A stretch of DNA of 64,000 nucleotides, from contig JAFMFP010000001.1 of the NCBI GenBank assembly GCA_017856055.1, positions 17,237-81,236 on the forward strand. Reading direction: 5' to 3'. Shown one piece after another: positions 23,970-32,219 of this stretch (position 1 is its first letter; the number at the start of each line of letters is the position of its first letter). Source of the DNA: Fidelibacterota bacterium (GTDB taxonomy: Bacteria; Fidelibacterota; Marinisomatia; Marinisomatales; Marinisomataceae). Below the pieces are notes generated by a model. It was not told the origin of the DNA, ran no database searches, and saw only the letters and a program-made list of their open reading frames with translations. A program made the position numbers and the translations under genes.

Positions 23970-24049
23970 GTTTTTTCTCGACGATGCTTCGTCTATAAAA
24001 AAATACAAAAATGCTTTAAATTTTTTATTAATTCTTTAAATTCGTCGCA

Positions 24050-24123
24050 TGCCCCGGTAGCTCAGCAGGATAGAGCAACTGCCTTCTAAGCAGTAGGTCA
24101 CACGTTCGAATCGTGTCCGGGGT
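24050..24123 (+). tRNA. tRNA-Arg (anticodon TCT)
   Basis: Hand-folded cloverleaf. Acceptor GCCCCGG/CCGGGGT (G1-U72), D-arm GCTCAGCAGGATAGAGC, anticodon stem ACTGC/GCAGT with loop CT-TCT-AA, T-arm ACACG-TTCGAAT-CGTGT, discriminator A. No encoded CCA. Confidence 0.92.
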
Positions 24124-24137
24124 ACTAAAATATTGCT

Positions 24138-25094
24138 TTAGTTTTCAAATTGTGGAAGTTTATAAGCAGCAACTCTTTTATCATCATCAATAGCATATAA
24201 ATACCATTCTCCATGCATAAAAGCTGTCGCAATCCCATCGGTATATCTAACATCTTCTAAAAATAACGTTTTATAAAAACTAAGATTTGATCTGCTAAAG
24301 AAGTGGAATTTATTATCTTCTTTGCTTTGTTCGGTAAAGATGATATATCCTTCTTTAATACCTGTCAATGCAATTCCTTCAGCGTCGTTTTTAAAAGGGA
24401 AATTGCTAATTTCAGACAGTATCTCCTCCCCTGATTCTAAGTCTAATACGATAATCGATGAACCTTTACTTTCGCCTCTGGTATTTTCTTCTGCAACAAA
24501 AAGTCGATTAAAATAAGAATCAGCTACTATAGACTCAACTTCATAAAGACCAGTGTTTCCAAAAATACGACCTTCAGAAATTACAATTTCATTTTCATCA
24601 CTTATTATGATATCCCAGAAAATGATACGCTCTGAAGAAAGGACACCTTCATTGAAATTATCAGTCACAAAAACTCTGTGTTTATTTTTTTCAATTTGGT
24701 AACTAGTTATACCATAAGGATATTTTAAGTCACCTTCCCCAAATCGTCCAATGTAATTGAAAGAACTATCTAAAACTAGAACCTGATGATTGTCACGCTC
24801 TGTGATAAGAATATATTCATCATCTATTATATTTACTCCATTTGGATATGCGTTTGGTCTTTCAATAAAGTGCTTTAAACCTCCCTTCATTGCACTATAA
24901 CTTAAAATTTTGCCTTTTTTATCTGTAACAACGATTTGATGTTTGCGATTCAAAAATCCAATACTATCCAATTCAGTTTCAGGAATGATTTCCGAAAAAA
25001 ACATTGGAGAATCTAAAGTTAAATTTGAAGATAGGTTTTTTGAAGAACAGGAGAGGAATAGAAAAAAAGAAAAAAGCAGAATTTTTTTAATCAT
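24138..25094 (-). CDS. lipoprotein with beta-propeller phytase (BPP)-like domain
   Basis: 318 aa. Lipobox FLFLSCSS. Blocks VESIVADSYFNRLFVAEE, NDAEGIALTGIKEGYIIFTEQS and YTDGIATAF parallel, from memory, the Bacillus BPP blocks TEGMAADDEYGSLYIAEE, PDIEGLTIYY..GYLLASSQG and DTDGIDV. Confidence 0.5.
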   Translation of the reverse strand: MIKKILLFSFFLFLSCSSKNLSSNLTLDSPMFFSEIIPETELDSIGFLNRKHQIVVTDKKGKILSYSAMKGGLKHFIERPNAYPNGVNIIDDEYILITERDNHQVLVLDSSFNYIGRFGEGDLKYPYGITSYQIEKNKHRVFVTDNFNEGVLSSERIIFWDIIISDENEIVISEGRIFGNTGLYEVESIVADSYFNRLFVAEENTRGESKGSSIIVLDLESGEEILSEISNFPFKNDAEGIALTGIKEGYIIFTEQSKEDNKFHFFSRSNLSFYKTLFLEDVRYTDGIATAFMHGEWYLYAIDDDKRVAAYKLPQFEN

Positions 25095-25869
25095 TCAAAA
25101 TATCTATCAATTCAATTTCAAAGATTAAAGTAGACGCTGGTGGAATAACATAAGTTCCAAGTTCTTTACCAGGAATGCCCTTATCACCATACGCTAAATT
25201 ATATGGAATGAAAACTTCCCACTTTGATCCAACTTTCATTGTAAGAATTGCTTGTGAGAATCCTGGAATAACTTTATCAAGATTGAACTGTGAAGGTTTG
25301 TCATTTTTCAAAGACGAATCAAAAATAGTGCCATCAATTAAGCGACCAGTATAATGGACGGATACTAAAGAATTATAATCTGGTAAAGGTCCATCCCCTT
25401 CTTTTAAAACTCTATATTGAAGTCCTGATCTTTTACGTACCAGAACACCATCATTGTATTTATTTTTTTCCATAAACTCTTGACCAGCAATTTTATTCTT
25501 TCTCGCAAGTTCACGCATTTCCTCAGTAGCCACTTGGTAGGAGTCTACTTCTTTGATAGCTTGCTGTCTATTATAATCACTTAAGATAGAATTTCTTCTT
25601 CCAATATCAATTCTTGCAGGAGTTTGAGATAGAAAATCATCCATTCCTAATTTGACTTTATCAGTATTGACTTCGGGAAAATTTAAATTTTGTGCAATTC
25701 GAATTCCCAAAGAATAACTTAGAGAATCTTCAATAGTAACTAAATCTTCATTTTTATCTTGAGAAAGAACTGGTGCATCCTGTGAAGAATTACATGATAG
25801 AATAATGAATACTAGTATTGATAATATATTTCGTTGTTTTTGCATGTTGAATTCTAAAAGCTTATTCAT
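25087..25869 (-). CDS. FKBP-type peptidyl-prolyl cis-trans isomerase (FkpA/Mip-like lipoprotein)
   Basis: 260 aa. Lipobox FIILSCNS, an N-terminal helical domain, and a C-terminal FKBP domain (VSVHYTGRLIDGTIFDSS...VIPGFSQAILTMKVGSKWEVFIPYNLAYG). Confidence 0.88.
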   Translation of the reverse strand: MNKLLEFNMQKQRNILSILVFIILSCNSSQDAPVLSQDKNEDLVTIEDSLSYSLGIRIAQNLNFPEVNTDKVKLGMDDFLSQTPARIDIGRRNSILSDYNRQQAIKEVDSYQVATEEMRELARKNKIAGQEFMEKNKYNDGVLVRKRSGLQYRVLKEGDGPLPDYNSLVSVHYTGRLIDGTIFDSSLKNDKPSQFNLDKVIPGFSQAILTMKVGSKWEVFIPYNLAYGDKGIPGKELGTYVIPPASTLIFEIELIDILND

Positions 25870-25886
25870 TAATTGTAAAGAATATT

Positions 25887-26723
25887 CTACCTTCCATCAT
25901 TATAACCTTCATACTGATCCATCATATTGTTCAATCCATATAAATTACTTACTCTTAAAAGAATCGAACTAGGAAGAATTGCTCTAAGAAGTGTTGCTTG
26001 ATTCATAATCCAAGGAATTTTTGGAGAATGGAATCCATATCGAATTGCGCGATTAATTATAACCTTTGCTACAGTATATGGAGACTTTATTCCTGGAGAT
26101 AAAAGATTACCTAAAAAATTGAGTTTTGTTCCTGCAAAGAGACCTTTAACTAAAAAATTAGGGTGAATAGAAGAAAATTTTACTCCTTTTCTATTCATTT
26201 TATACGCCTCCAAACGTAAAGATTCTGTGAGTCCAGCTACCGCCCATTTTGTCGCTGCATAAACAGCTAATTTAGGAGCTCCAATCAATGAAGATGCTGA
26301 CGAAATATTGATTATATGTCCAAAATTTCTTTCAAGCATCTCAGGCATAAATGCTCTAATTGTATAGATCATTGATGTAAAGTTTATTTGAATCATTTTT
26401 TCTAATTCTTCATCACTTCTATCTAACATATAACCAGTATAAACTGTACCTGCATTATTGATTAGAATATCAACAGTTCCAATAGCTTCATTCACTTTTT
26501 TAGCAGTTTGATATACTTCATTCGAATTTGATACATCACATTGAAAAGTTGAAAAATTTTTAAATCCTAATTCGTTGAGTTTGATGGAAGCTTTTTGAAG
26601 ATTTTCCACGTCAATATCCCACATTATAACATGAGCACCTTTTTTTAAAAGAAGATGAGAAGTAGCAAAACCAATTCCAATTGCTGCTCCTGTTACTAAT
26701 ACTTTTTTATCTTTAAGATTCAC
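25887..26723 (-). CDS. short-chain dehydrogenase/reductase (classical SDR)
   Basis: 278 aa. TGAAIGIG, NNAG and the catalytic YAATKWAV. Substrate unknown. Confidence 0.85.
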   Translation of the reverse strand: MNLKDKKVLVTGAAIGIGFATSHLLLKKGAHVIMWDIDVENLQKASIKLNELGFKNFSTFQCDVSNSNEVYQTAKKVNEAIGTVDILINNAGTVYTGYMLDRSDEELEKMIQINFTSMIYTIRAFMPEMLERNFGHIINISSASSLIGAPKLAVYAATKWAVAGLTESLRLEAYKMNRKGVKFSSIHPNFLVKGLFAGTKLNFLGNLLSPGIKSPYTVAKVIINRAIRYGFHSPKIPWIMNQATLLRAILPSSILLRVSNLYGLNNMMDQYEGYNDGR

Positions 26724-26786
26724 TTAAGAATTTAATAATGACCATAAATCGTAGTCTAAGGAAATATTACTGAATTAAATAATTAT

Positions 26787-27722
26787 TTAATTGTTAAAGT
26801 ACTGGATTGTGATAATAAGTGCTACTGATACAGTGATTCCTATTACCAATCTAAGAAAATCACGACCAATCATTGGAAAAACTTTTTTGATACGACCCTT
26901 TTTGGTCACAAAATAAGAATTTAACGCTAGTTCTCTACCCGCTAATAAACCGACAAAAACAAATGTAGTTGACATGGGGATATTATTATAAATCTTAAAG
27001 TAAAGTAATAAAAATGCATAAACTAAATCGATGATTGTCGCACTTCTTACAAATTTAGTACTTGTCTTTTCAATGACTAAATTTTGAATCTTACCTCCCC
27101 CTGATTTAAAAACATATCCCAACATCACAACAAAGAAAAGGATAATCATTAATACAGTGTTTAAAGAAACTTGACGAGGTAAAAAAACAGCAATATTAGA
27201 AAAATCCTGCTGCAACCACATGGTCCATAAAAATCCCGTAGAAAGCCATTGGGCAATTCTCCATTTAGTATCAGAAGCTTCGGGTTTTTTACTTTCATCA
27301 ATAAATCGTGAAAGCAATGACCATAAAATATATGAAACAATAGCAGCAACAACATAACCCACAATACTTTTCATTAACATTTTTTGAACAACTAATGAAG
27401 ATGCAAAAGCCGATAAAACAAGAAAAGAGGTTGAAACTGGAATTCCATTTCGAGTTAGAATTATCAAACTAATTGGAGCAAGTAAATGCCAAAAATTAGG
27501 TTCAATATATGGTATACTGCTTAATCTTCCATGGCTTAGATCGCCAGAAAAATATCCATGCATCATAGTGAGCGCCAAAATGAAAGAAGCAAAAATCCAT
27601 AGAAAATACCAAGGAATTATTTTATTTGAATTAATCCAAGTTCCTAGCGTTTGGAGAGAATCATTGGCGACTACGGAGTATCCCGCAAAAATGAAACCAA
27701 GAATGGTATAAATTTCAACCAT
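26787..27722 (-). CDS. polytopic membrane protein, divergent PiT (PHO4)-like transporter
   Basis: 311 aa, about 9 TM segments. ANDSLQTLGT resembles the PiT GANDVAN signature. GIPVSTSF and NIPMSTTFVFVGLLAG resemble the paired PVSTTH motifs. It is shorter than canonical PiT proteins. Confidence 0.45.
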   Translation of the reverse strand: MVEIYTILGFIFAGYSVVANDSLQTLGTWINSNKIIPWYFLWIFASFILALTMMHGYFSGDLSHGRLSSIPYIEPNFWHLLAPISLIILTRNGIPVSTSFLVLSAFASSLVVQKMLMKSIVGYVVAAIVSYILWSLLSRFIDESKKPEASDTKWRIAQWLSTGFLWTMWLQQDFSNIAVFLPRQVSLNTVLMIILFFVVMLGYVFKSGGGKIQNLVIEKTSTKFVRSATIIDLVYAFLLLYFKIYNNIPMSTTFVFVGLLAGRELALNSYFVTKKGRIKKVFPMIGRDFLRLVIGITVSVALIITIQYFNN

Positions 27723-27763
27723 TTATTGAGGTCTTATTAAAAATAATAATTTTATCATTTTTG

Positions 27764-27836
27764 CTCCGGAGGAGAGACTCGAACTCCCGACCTGGTGATT
27801 AACAGTCACTCGCTCTACCAACTGAGCTACTCCGGA
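27764..27836 (-). tRNA. tRNA-Asn (anticodon GTT)
   Basis: Minus strand reads TCCGGAGTAGCTCAGTTGGTAGAGCGAGTGACTGTTAATCACCAGGTCGGGAGTTCGAGTCTCTCCTCCGGAG. Acceptor TCCGGAG/CTCCGGA, anticodon loop CT-GTT-AA, T-loop TTCGAGT. No encoded CCA. The track ORF 27723..27932 is its spurious translation. Confidence 0.92.
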
Positions 27837-27882
27837 ATTTGTGTTGGAATTTTTTATTTTATTATTGAAAAAACAAGAAATA

Positions 27883-29739
27883 TTATCCCTCAAGCTCAAT
27901 AAAGATTTTTCTATTAAAATCAAATTGAGCATGATCGTGGACTTCTTTTGAGATTAAAATTTTATCTGAATCAGAAACTTTCCCAAGTATAGCATGAGTT
28001 GATTTTAATCCACCTAAATACCATCGCGTATCTGATATATAAATAATATCTCCTATTTCCCCTTTTAATTGATTAGAATACTTTTGAGGAAGACAAACAG
28101 TTTTACCATCTAATTTCTTATCAATTTCCATCAAACTTGCATTAAAACTAATCTCAGATCCTTTATTTGGATTAACTTTTGAACCTTTAAAATATTCTTG
28201 ACCATCTCTAATTGTCCAAAGAGTCAATCCTGTAATTTTTGAATAATCGATTGGTTTTTTTGATAATAAAGTAACTATGATTGCTATGGAACTACACGCC
28301 ACCATATTGTAAAGAGCCTTGATATAAGAGTAGGGTCTATCTGCGATGTATTCTGTTCCATGGGCAAAAGGTGTAATTAATTCATAGGGATACATTTCTC
28401 CAAGGATTATAAAAATAGAGCCCAATACAAAAGTCATAATAGCAGCTCGTGAAGAGAATCTTTGCCAGAAGATTCCAAAGAAAATTACAGTAACCATGGG
28501 AGGAGTGACAATAGCATGAAAAGCACCATGAGCTTCATAAATAGTGCCATATTGAGAAAAAATAAATGCAGCTTGAATCCCAATAAAAGTAACAAATGCA
28601 GAAGTAAACATCGAAATTCTGAGTTTAGTTTTTTCGGATGGATTCTTAGCCAGTGGAGTGTAAACATCATTTACTGCTACAGCCGCTGACGCATTAATTT
28701 GAGAGTCAAGACTTGACATTAAGGCAGCAACAACTGATGCAACTAAAAATGCAAAAATCGGTTCTGAATTTGCTACCAAAGATCCAACAATTGTAAAAAT
28801 CCCATTGGGGTTTGCACTTTCAGAAATAACATCTGGAAATCTATTGGCAATAGCTCTTCCTATCCAACCAGAATTTGAAACAGCTAGAGTACCAATAGGA
28901 AGAAATACTAAAACGTTCATCATCGTTGCCCTTCTAGCATGGACTACAGATCGAGAGGCTAGGAATCTCATAATTACTGCCTGATTCATAAATGCAAATC
29001 CGACTGATCCTACCACTCCGTCTTGCCAGAAAATTCCTACAAAATTAAAATCAGGAGGAGAATTAAAATCTGCTAGGGGCAATTTGTTGGTTATTGAAAG
29101 ACTGTCCCAAAATAAATCAAACCCTCCAAGATAGCTTATACCAAGCCCAAAAATAAGAAGGCCAGCAAAAAGTAGTATGACTCCTTGCAAGAAATCAGTA
29201 AAAATAATGGCAGTTTGACCCCCAAGAGAAACATAGGTTCCAGAAATTATAGCAACTATGATAATAATAGTTTGGATTTCCCATCCTAAAATTGGTTGCA
29301 ATAAATTTGCTAATGCTAATAGACCAATTCCAATATAACCGATTAAATAAAGCAACATTGTAACAGTTGATAAATTGCGTACAGTAGTATTAAATCTTCT
29401 TTCAAAGTATTCAGGAATAGAATTTACCTTCATGTAGTAAATGATTGGAATCCAGCCGAAAAGCAATAACGGCATAAAGAACCAATCATTCATATAGGTC
29501 ATTGTTGAAGAAAATCCATATTCGAAACCTTTTGCTGCATATTTGGCAAAGCTATGACTACCAACTCCAGTAGCTAACATTGACATGCCAATTAACCACC
29601 AGGAAAATCTTCGTCCACCAAAGAAAAAATCTTCTGTGGATTTATTATTTCTCGCAAAAAATAATCCTGCTCCTAATACAAAAAATACATATAGGGATAA
29701 AATCCCCCAAAATAGACCAGTTGTTGGAATGACGTTCAT
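27883..29739 (-). CDS. sodium:solute symporter (SSF/SLC5) family transporter with ~110-aa C-terminal soluble extension
   Basis: 618 aa. Many TM segments and an SSF-type block GGQTAIIFTDFLQG. The C-terminal hydrophilic tail (…TVCLPQKYSNQLKGEIGDIIYISDTRWYLGGLKSTHAILGKV…) has no counterpart that I recognise. Confidence 0.8.
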   Translation of the reverse strand: MNVIPTTGLFWGILSLYVFFVLGAGLFFARNNKSTEDFFFGGRRFSWWLIGMSMLATGVGSHSFAKYAAKGFEYGFSSTMTYMNDWFFMPLLLFGWIPIIYYMKVNSIPEYFERRFNTTVRNLSTVTMLLYLIGYIGIGLLALANLLQPILGWEIQTIIIIVAIISGTYVSLGGQTAIIFTDFLQGVILLFAGLLIFGLGISYLGGFDLFWDSLSITNKLPLADFNSPPDFNFVGIFWQDGVVGSVGFAFMNQAVIMRFLASRSVVHARRATMMNVLVFLPIGTLAVSNSGWIGRAIANRFPDVISESANPNGIFTIVGSLVANSEPIFAFLVASVVAALMSSLDSQINASAAVAVNDVYTPLAKNPSEKTKLRISMFTSAFVTFIGIQAAFIFSQYGTIYEAHGAFHAIVTPPMVTVIFFGIFWQRFSSRAAIMTFVLGSIFIILGEMYPYELITPFAHGTEYIADRPYSYIKALYNMVACSSIAIIVTLLSKKPIDYSKITGLTLWTIRDGQEYFKGSKVNPNKGSEISFNASLMEIDKKLDGKTVCLPQKYSNQLKGEIGDIIYISDTRWYLGGLKSTHAILGKVSDSDKILISKEVHDHAQFDFNRKIFIELEG

Positions 29740-30017
29740 TGAATTTTCTTACTTAAGATTGAAACGTTAATTAAATAGAACAGAAGAATTAAAAAATAAT
29801 AATTTCCTTGATTTTCTAAAGCAGCTACTGTCATAAAAAGATGAATAGAGGCAACATAAATAAAACCCCAAATAAGTATGATAATCCACTTTCTGTATTT
29901 TACCCAAAAATCATCGCCATAAGCTTTAAAAACCGCATAAAGACCACCGCCAAAAATAATTAGACCAAAAAAATATTGATACAAATATGGGAGCCAAGAA
30001 TGAGAAAATAAATCCAT
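29736..30017 (-). CDS. small 3-TM membrane protein, possibly a symporter accessory subunit
   Basis: 93 aa. It overlaps the symporter start by ATGA (29736-29739) and its own start abuts the HIT gene stop. No motif recognised. Confidence 0.45.
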   Translation of the reverse strand: MDLFSHSWLPYLYQYFFGLIIFGGGLYAVFKAYGDDFWVKYRKWIIILIWGFIYVASIHLFMTVAALENQGNYYFLILLFYLINVSILSKKIQ

Positions 30018-30514
30018 TATCTTAATTTATTAAATAAAGGTTTAAGTATGCTATAAGTATCTACTAAACTTTGATGAATAACTCTAGTGTTCCCTACTAC
30101 AGGCATAAAAGAAGTATCAGATTTCCATCTGGGAACAACATGAAAGTGTAAATGTTGATCAATAGAAGCACCAGATCCATATCCAGTATTGGCTCCTAAG
30201 TTAAAGCCATCACAATTTAAAATTTCTTTCAAAATTTTGACGGATTCTTTAGATAAAGAAATTATTTCATGTAATTCTTTATCCTCAAGTAAATCAATAC
30301 TATTCACCTCCCTAAATGGAACTATCATTAAATGTCCATTATTATAGGGATAGCGATTCATAATAATAAAAGAAAACTCTCCGCGAAAAAGAATCAAATT
30401 TTCTTCATCATTATTCGCATTCGGTAAATCAGTGAAAATCTTTTGAGAAGAATCTTTATTTTCAACATATTCCATTTTCCATGGAGCCCAAAGTCTTTGT
30501 TTATTTGATTCCAT
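30017..30514 (-). CDS. HIT-family nucleotide hydrolase/phosphorylase (Ap4A-phosphorylase-like subgroup)
   Basis: 165 aa. N-terminal LWAPWKMEYV and the histidine triad HLHFHVVPRW. Confidence 0.85.
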   Translation of the reverse strand: MESNKQRLWAPWKMEYVENKDSSQKIFTDLPNANNDEENLILFRGEFSFIIMNRYPYNNGHLMIVPFREVNSIDLLEDKELHEIISLSKESVKILKEILNCDGFNLGANTGYGSGASIDQHLHFHVVPRWKSDTSFMPVVGNTRVIHQSLVDTYSILKPLFNKLR

Positions 30515-30780
30515 TATGAATAGTTCTCTAAGAATTTACGGATTCGAGGCTTAAGATAAATCTTTTCTAAATCAAAGTTATTGTAGTAAGTCACAAGAAT
30601 GTGAATTTTTTGTTCAAGAGGATGATGCTTATTAAGAACAACATAATTTTTAGTTTCAAGTAAACAGTGGTCTCCTGAAAAATTGCCTTTATCATGGATT
30701 ACTCTAAAATCGAATTTTTCAGATAGATCAATAAGATCTTGAAAAATCTGTTTCTGGAAAATATTTTTTTTTGATTTCAA
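30514..30780 (-). CDS. hypothetical protein
   Basis: 88 aa. Tightly embedded in the operon, with a 1-nt gap upstream and a 1-nt overlap downstream. No family recognised. Confidence 0.5.
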   Translation of the reverse strand: MKSKKNIFQKQIFQDLIDLSEKFDFRVIHDKGNFSGDHCLLETKNYVVLNKHHPLEQKIHILVTYYNNFDLEKIYLKPRIRKFLENYS

Positions 30781-30781
30781 T

Positions 30782-31180
30782 TTATTTTATTCCTGTCAAA
30801 TCACTACTACTTCTAATCTTACCACCTAAACCATCTACCATCTTAATCCCATATTTTTTCATAATTTTTGTTTCAGGAATTTCTTCCAGCTTCCTATCCC
30901 CTCCATTGGCAAAAATATTAGGTTGAATAAATTCTAAGCTTTTGCAAACACTGGAATCTCTATCAATAGATAAAAATACCTCATCAACACATTTAAGAGA
31001 TGCAACTATCTCGACTCTATCATTTTCGTTCATAAATGATTTTCCTTTTTTAATTCTTGCTTGAAAATCATTATTTACAATAACTACTAATTTATCTCCG
31101 AGCTGTTTTGCAAGCTTAAGGTATTCTAGATGACCAACATGGATGGGATCAAAATAACCGCTTACTGCTACGACAATCAT
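30782..31180 (-). CDS. cytidylyltransferase-fold nucleotidyltransferase (RfaE domain II / TagD-like)
   Basis: 132 aa. SGYFDPIHVGHLEYLKLAKQLGDKLVVIV (HxGH motif) and a C-terminal SSSDL ISxT-like motif. Confidence 0.8.
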   Translation of the reverse strand: MIVVAVSGYFDPIHVGHLEYLKLAKQLGDKLVVIVNNDFQARIKKGKSFMNENDRVEIVASLKCVDEVFLSIDRDSSVCKSLEFIQPNIFANGGDRKLEEIPETKIMKKYGIKMVDGLGGKIRSSSDLTGIK

Positions 31181-31189
31181 GATAAGATA

Positions 31190-31567
31190 TTAATAAGAAA
31201 TATTCGAAATATCTAATTCCCAGTTTGCTCGAATAGTGATTGAATCATCAAAAGCAATAAAATATTCACCAAAACTATTTTCAAGACTGCCAAAAGAAAT
31301 TTTTTGATTTTTATCTAAATCATCAAAAATAAATAGTTGATAAACTCCTTCAGGTACATCAATGGTTTCATTGTCTATTAAAGGAAAAAATAACTCCTCT
31401 TGATTGTTTTTCAGCATTATGTAGGGTAAAGATAAATTAGCCGGTTTTTTTAGTCTCAAAATTCCCAATTCACCATTTGCAGTATATTCATCTATAATTG
31501 TACTTTTTTTAGAATTTGCAACACTGGGAATGAAAATATTGACATTATCAATACTTCGATTATCCAT
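31190..31567 (-). CDS. hypothetical protein or C-terminal fragment of the upstream Ig-like lipoprotein
   Basis: The track ORF runs 31190..31693. The first 42 codons overlap the upstream gene and look non-coding, so I start at the ATG at 31567 (MDNRSIDN...). It contains VPEGVYQLFIFDDLDKNQK, similar to the motif in the upstream ORF. Confidence 0.45.
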   Translation of the reverse strand: MDNRSIDNVNIFIPSVANSKKSTIIDEYTANGELGILRLKKPANLSLPYIMLKNNQEELFFPLIDNETIDVPEGVYQLFIFDDLDKNQKISFGSLENSFGEYFIAFDDSITIRANWELDISNISY

Positions 31568-31580
31568 TATCAGGTAATTT

Positions 31581-32219
31581 TTAAAAGAAAAATAGATTAT
31601 TGACTTCAATTTTTCTAAAAGGGGAATAGTTCCTAATGGCTGCAACTGTATACTCTCCATTAGGCAACGATGGTATAGAAAAAGAAGACACATTTTTTAA
31701 AACTAGATAAGGTGAAGGTAAGAATTCTTCATTAAAATTAATTTTTTTGTTCCATAATAAGATTGAAATATTATCAATGTCACCATATAAATTACCTTCA
31801 AGAGAATTTTTTGTTAAAGAAGGTTCTGAGGTTAGAGGGATAATTATGATTTCAGCTAAAGAAACATTATTTTCATCTTTAAGAGTTTTATCAATGACAA
31901 GAAAATAGCTAGATTCATCTGTATTCAAAGGTGGAATCTTTATTTCAAACCGATTCCCATAAAATTGTATATCCAGTATTTCATTTAGCGCAGGATAAAT
32001 ACTTACACTTTTTCGAATTGAATCTTCAGATAAAAATTCAGAAAAATTTAACTTTATAGTTTGTCCTTCAGAGATGCTTGTAAAGTTTTTAGGTTCGGTT
32101 AAAACTAATTTTGGAGCTGTAACATCTTCCGGTCCCCCAGAAGGCGGAATGACAGATGCGCAGCTAATAAAAAATAAAAAAACAAAAAGTTTAAAATTCT
32201 TCAAGGACATCATTAGCAT
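31581..32219 (-). CDS. SbsA/Big_5-type Ig-like domain lipoprotein (possibly truncated)
   Basis: 212 aa. Lipobox FFISCAS followed by VIPPSGGPEDVTAPKLV, an N-terminus typical of FCB-group Ig-like lipoproteins. Confidence 0.6.
   Translation of the reverse strand: MLMMSLKNFKLFVFLFFISCASVIPPSGGPEDVTAPKLVLTEPKNFTSISEGQTIKLNFSEFLSEDSIRKSVSIYPALNEILDIQFYGNRFEIKIPPLNTDESSYFLVIDKTLKDENNVSLAEIIIIPLTSEPSLTKNSLEGNLYGDIDNISILLWNKKINFNEEFLPSPYLVLKNVSSFSIPSLPNGEYTVAAIRNYSPFRKIEVNNLFFF

Noticed and set aside
23971-24000. A small hairpin (GACGA-tgct-TCGTC) flanked by T6 and A7 runs, between the small-protein promoter and tRNA-Arg.
   Set aside because: The core stem is only 5 bp. On either strand the T-run precedes the stem rather than following it, so it does not fit an intrinsic terminator. 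It is too weak to call anything without folding energies or conservation data.
24050-27836. A possible genomic island or integrated element bounded by tRNA-Arg and tRNA-Asn.
   Set aside because: There is no integrase, transposase or phage gene. I could see no direct repeat of a tRNA 3' end and no visible compositional shift. The four genes look like ordinary envelope and metabolic genes.
27723-27932. A 69-aa ORF between the PiT-like gene and the symporter.
   Set aside because: Its central part (GVAQLVERVTVNHQVGSSSL) is simply the translation of the tRNA-Asn(GTT) gene at 27764-27836.
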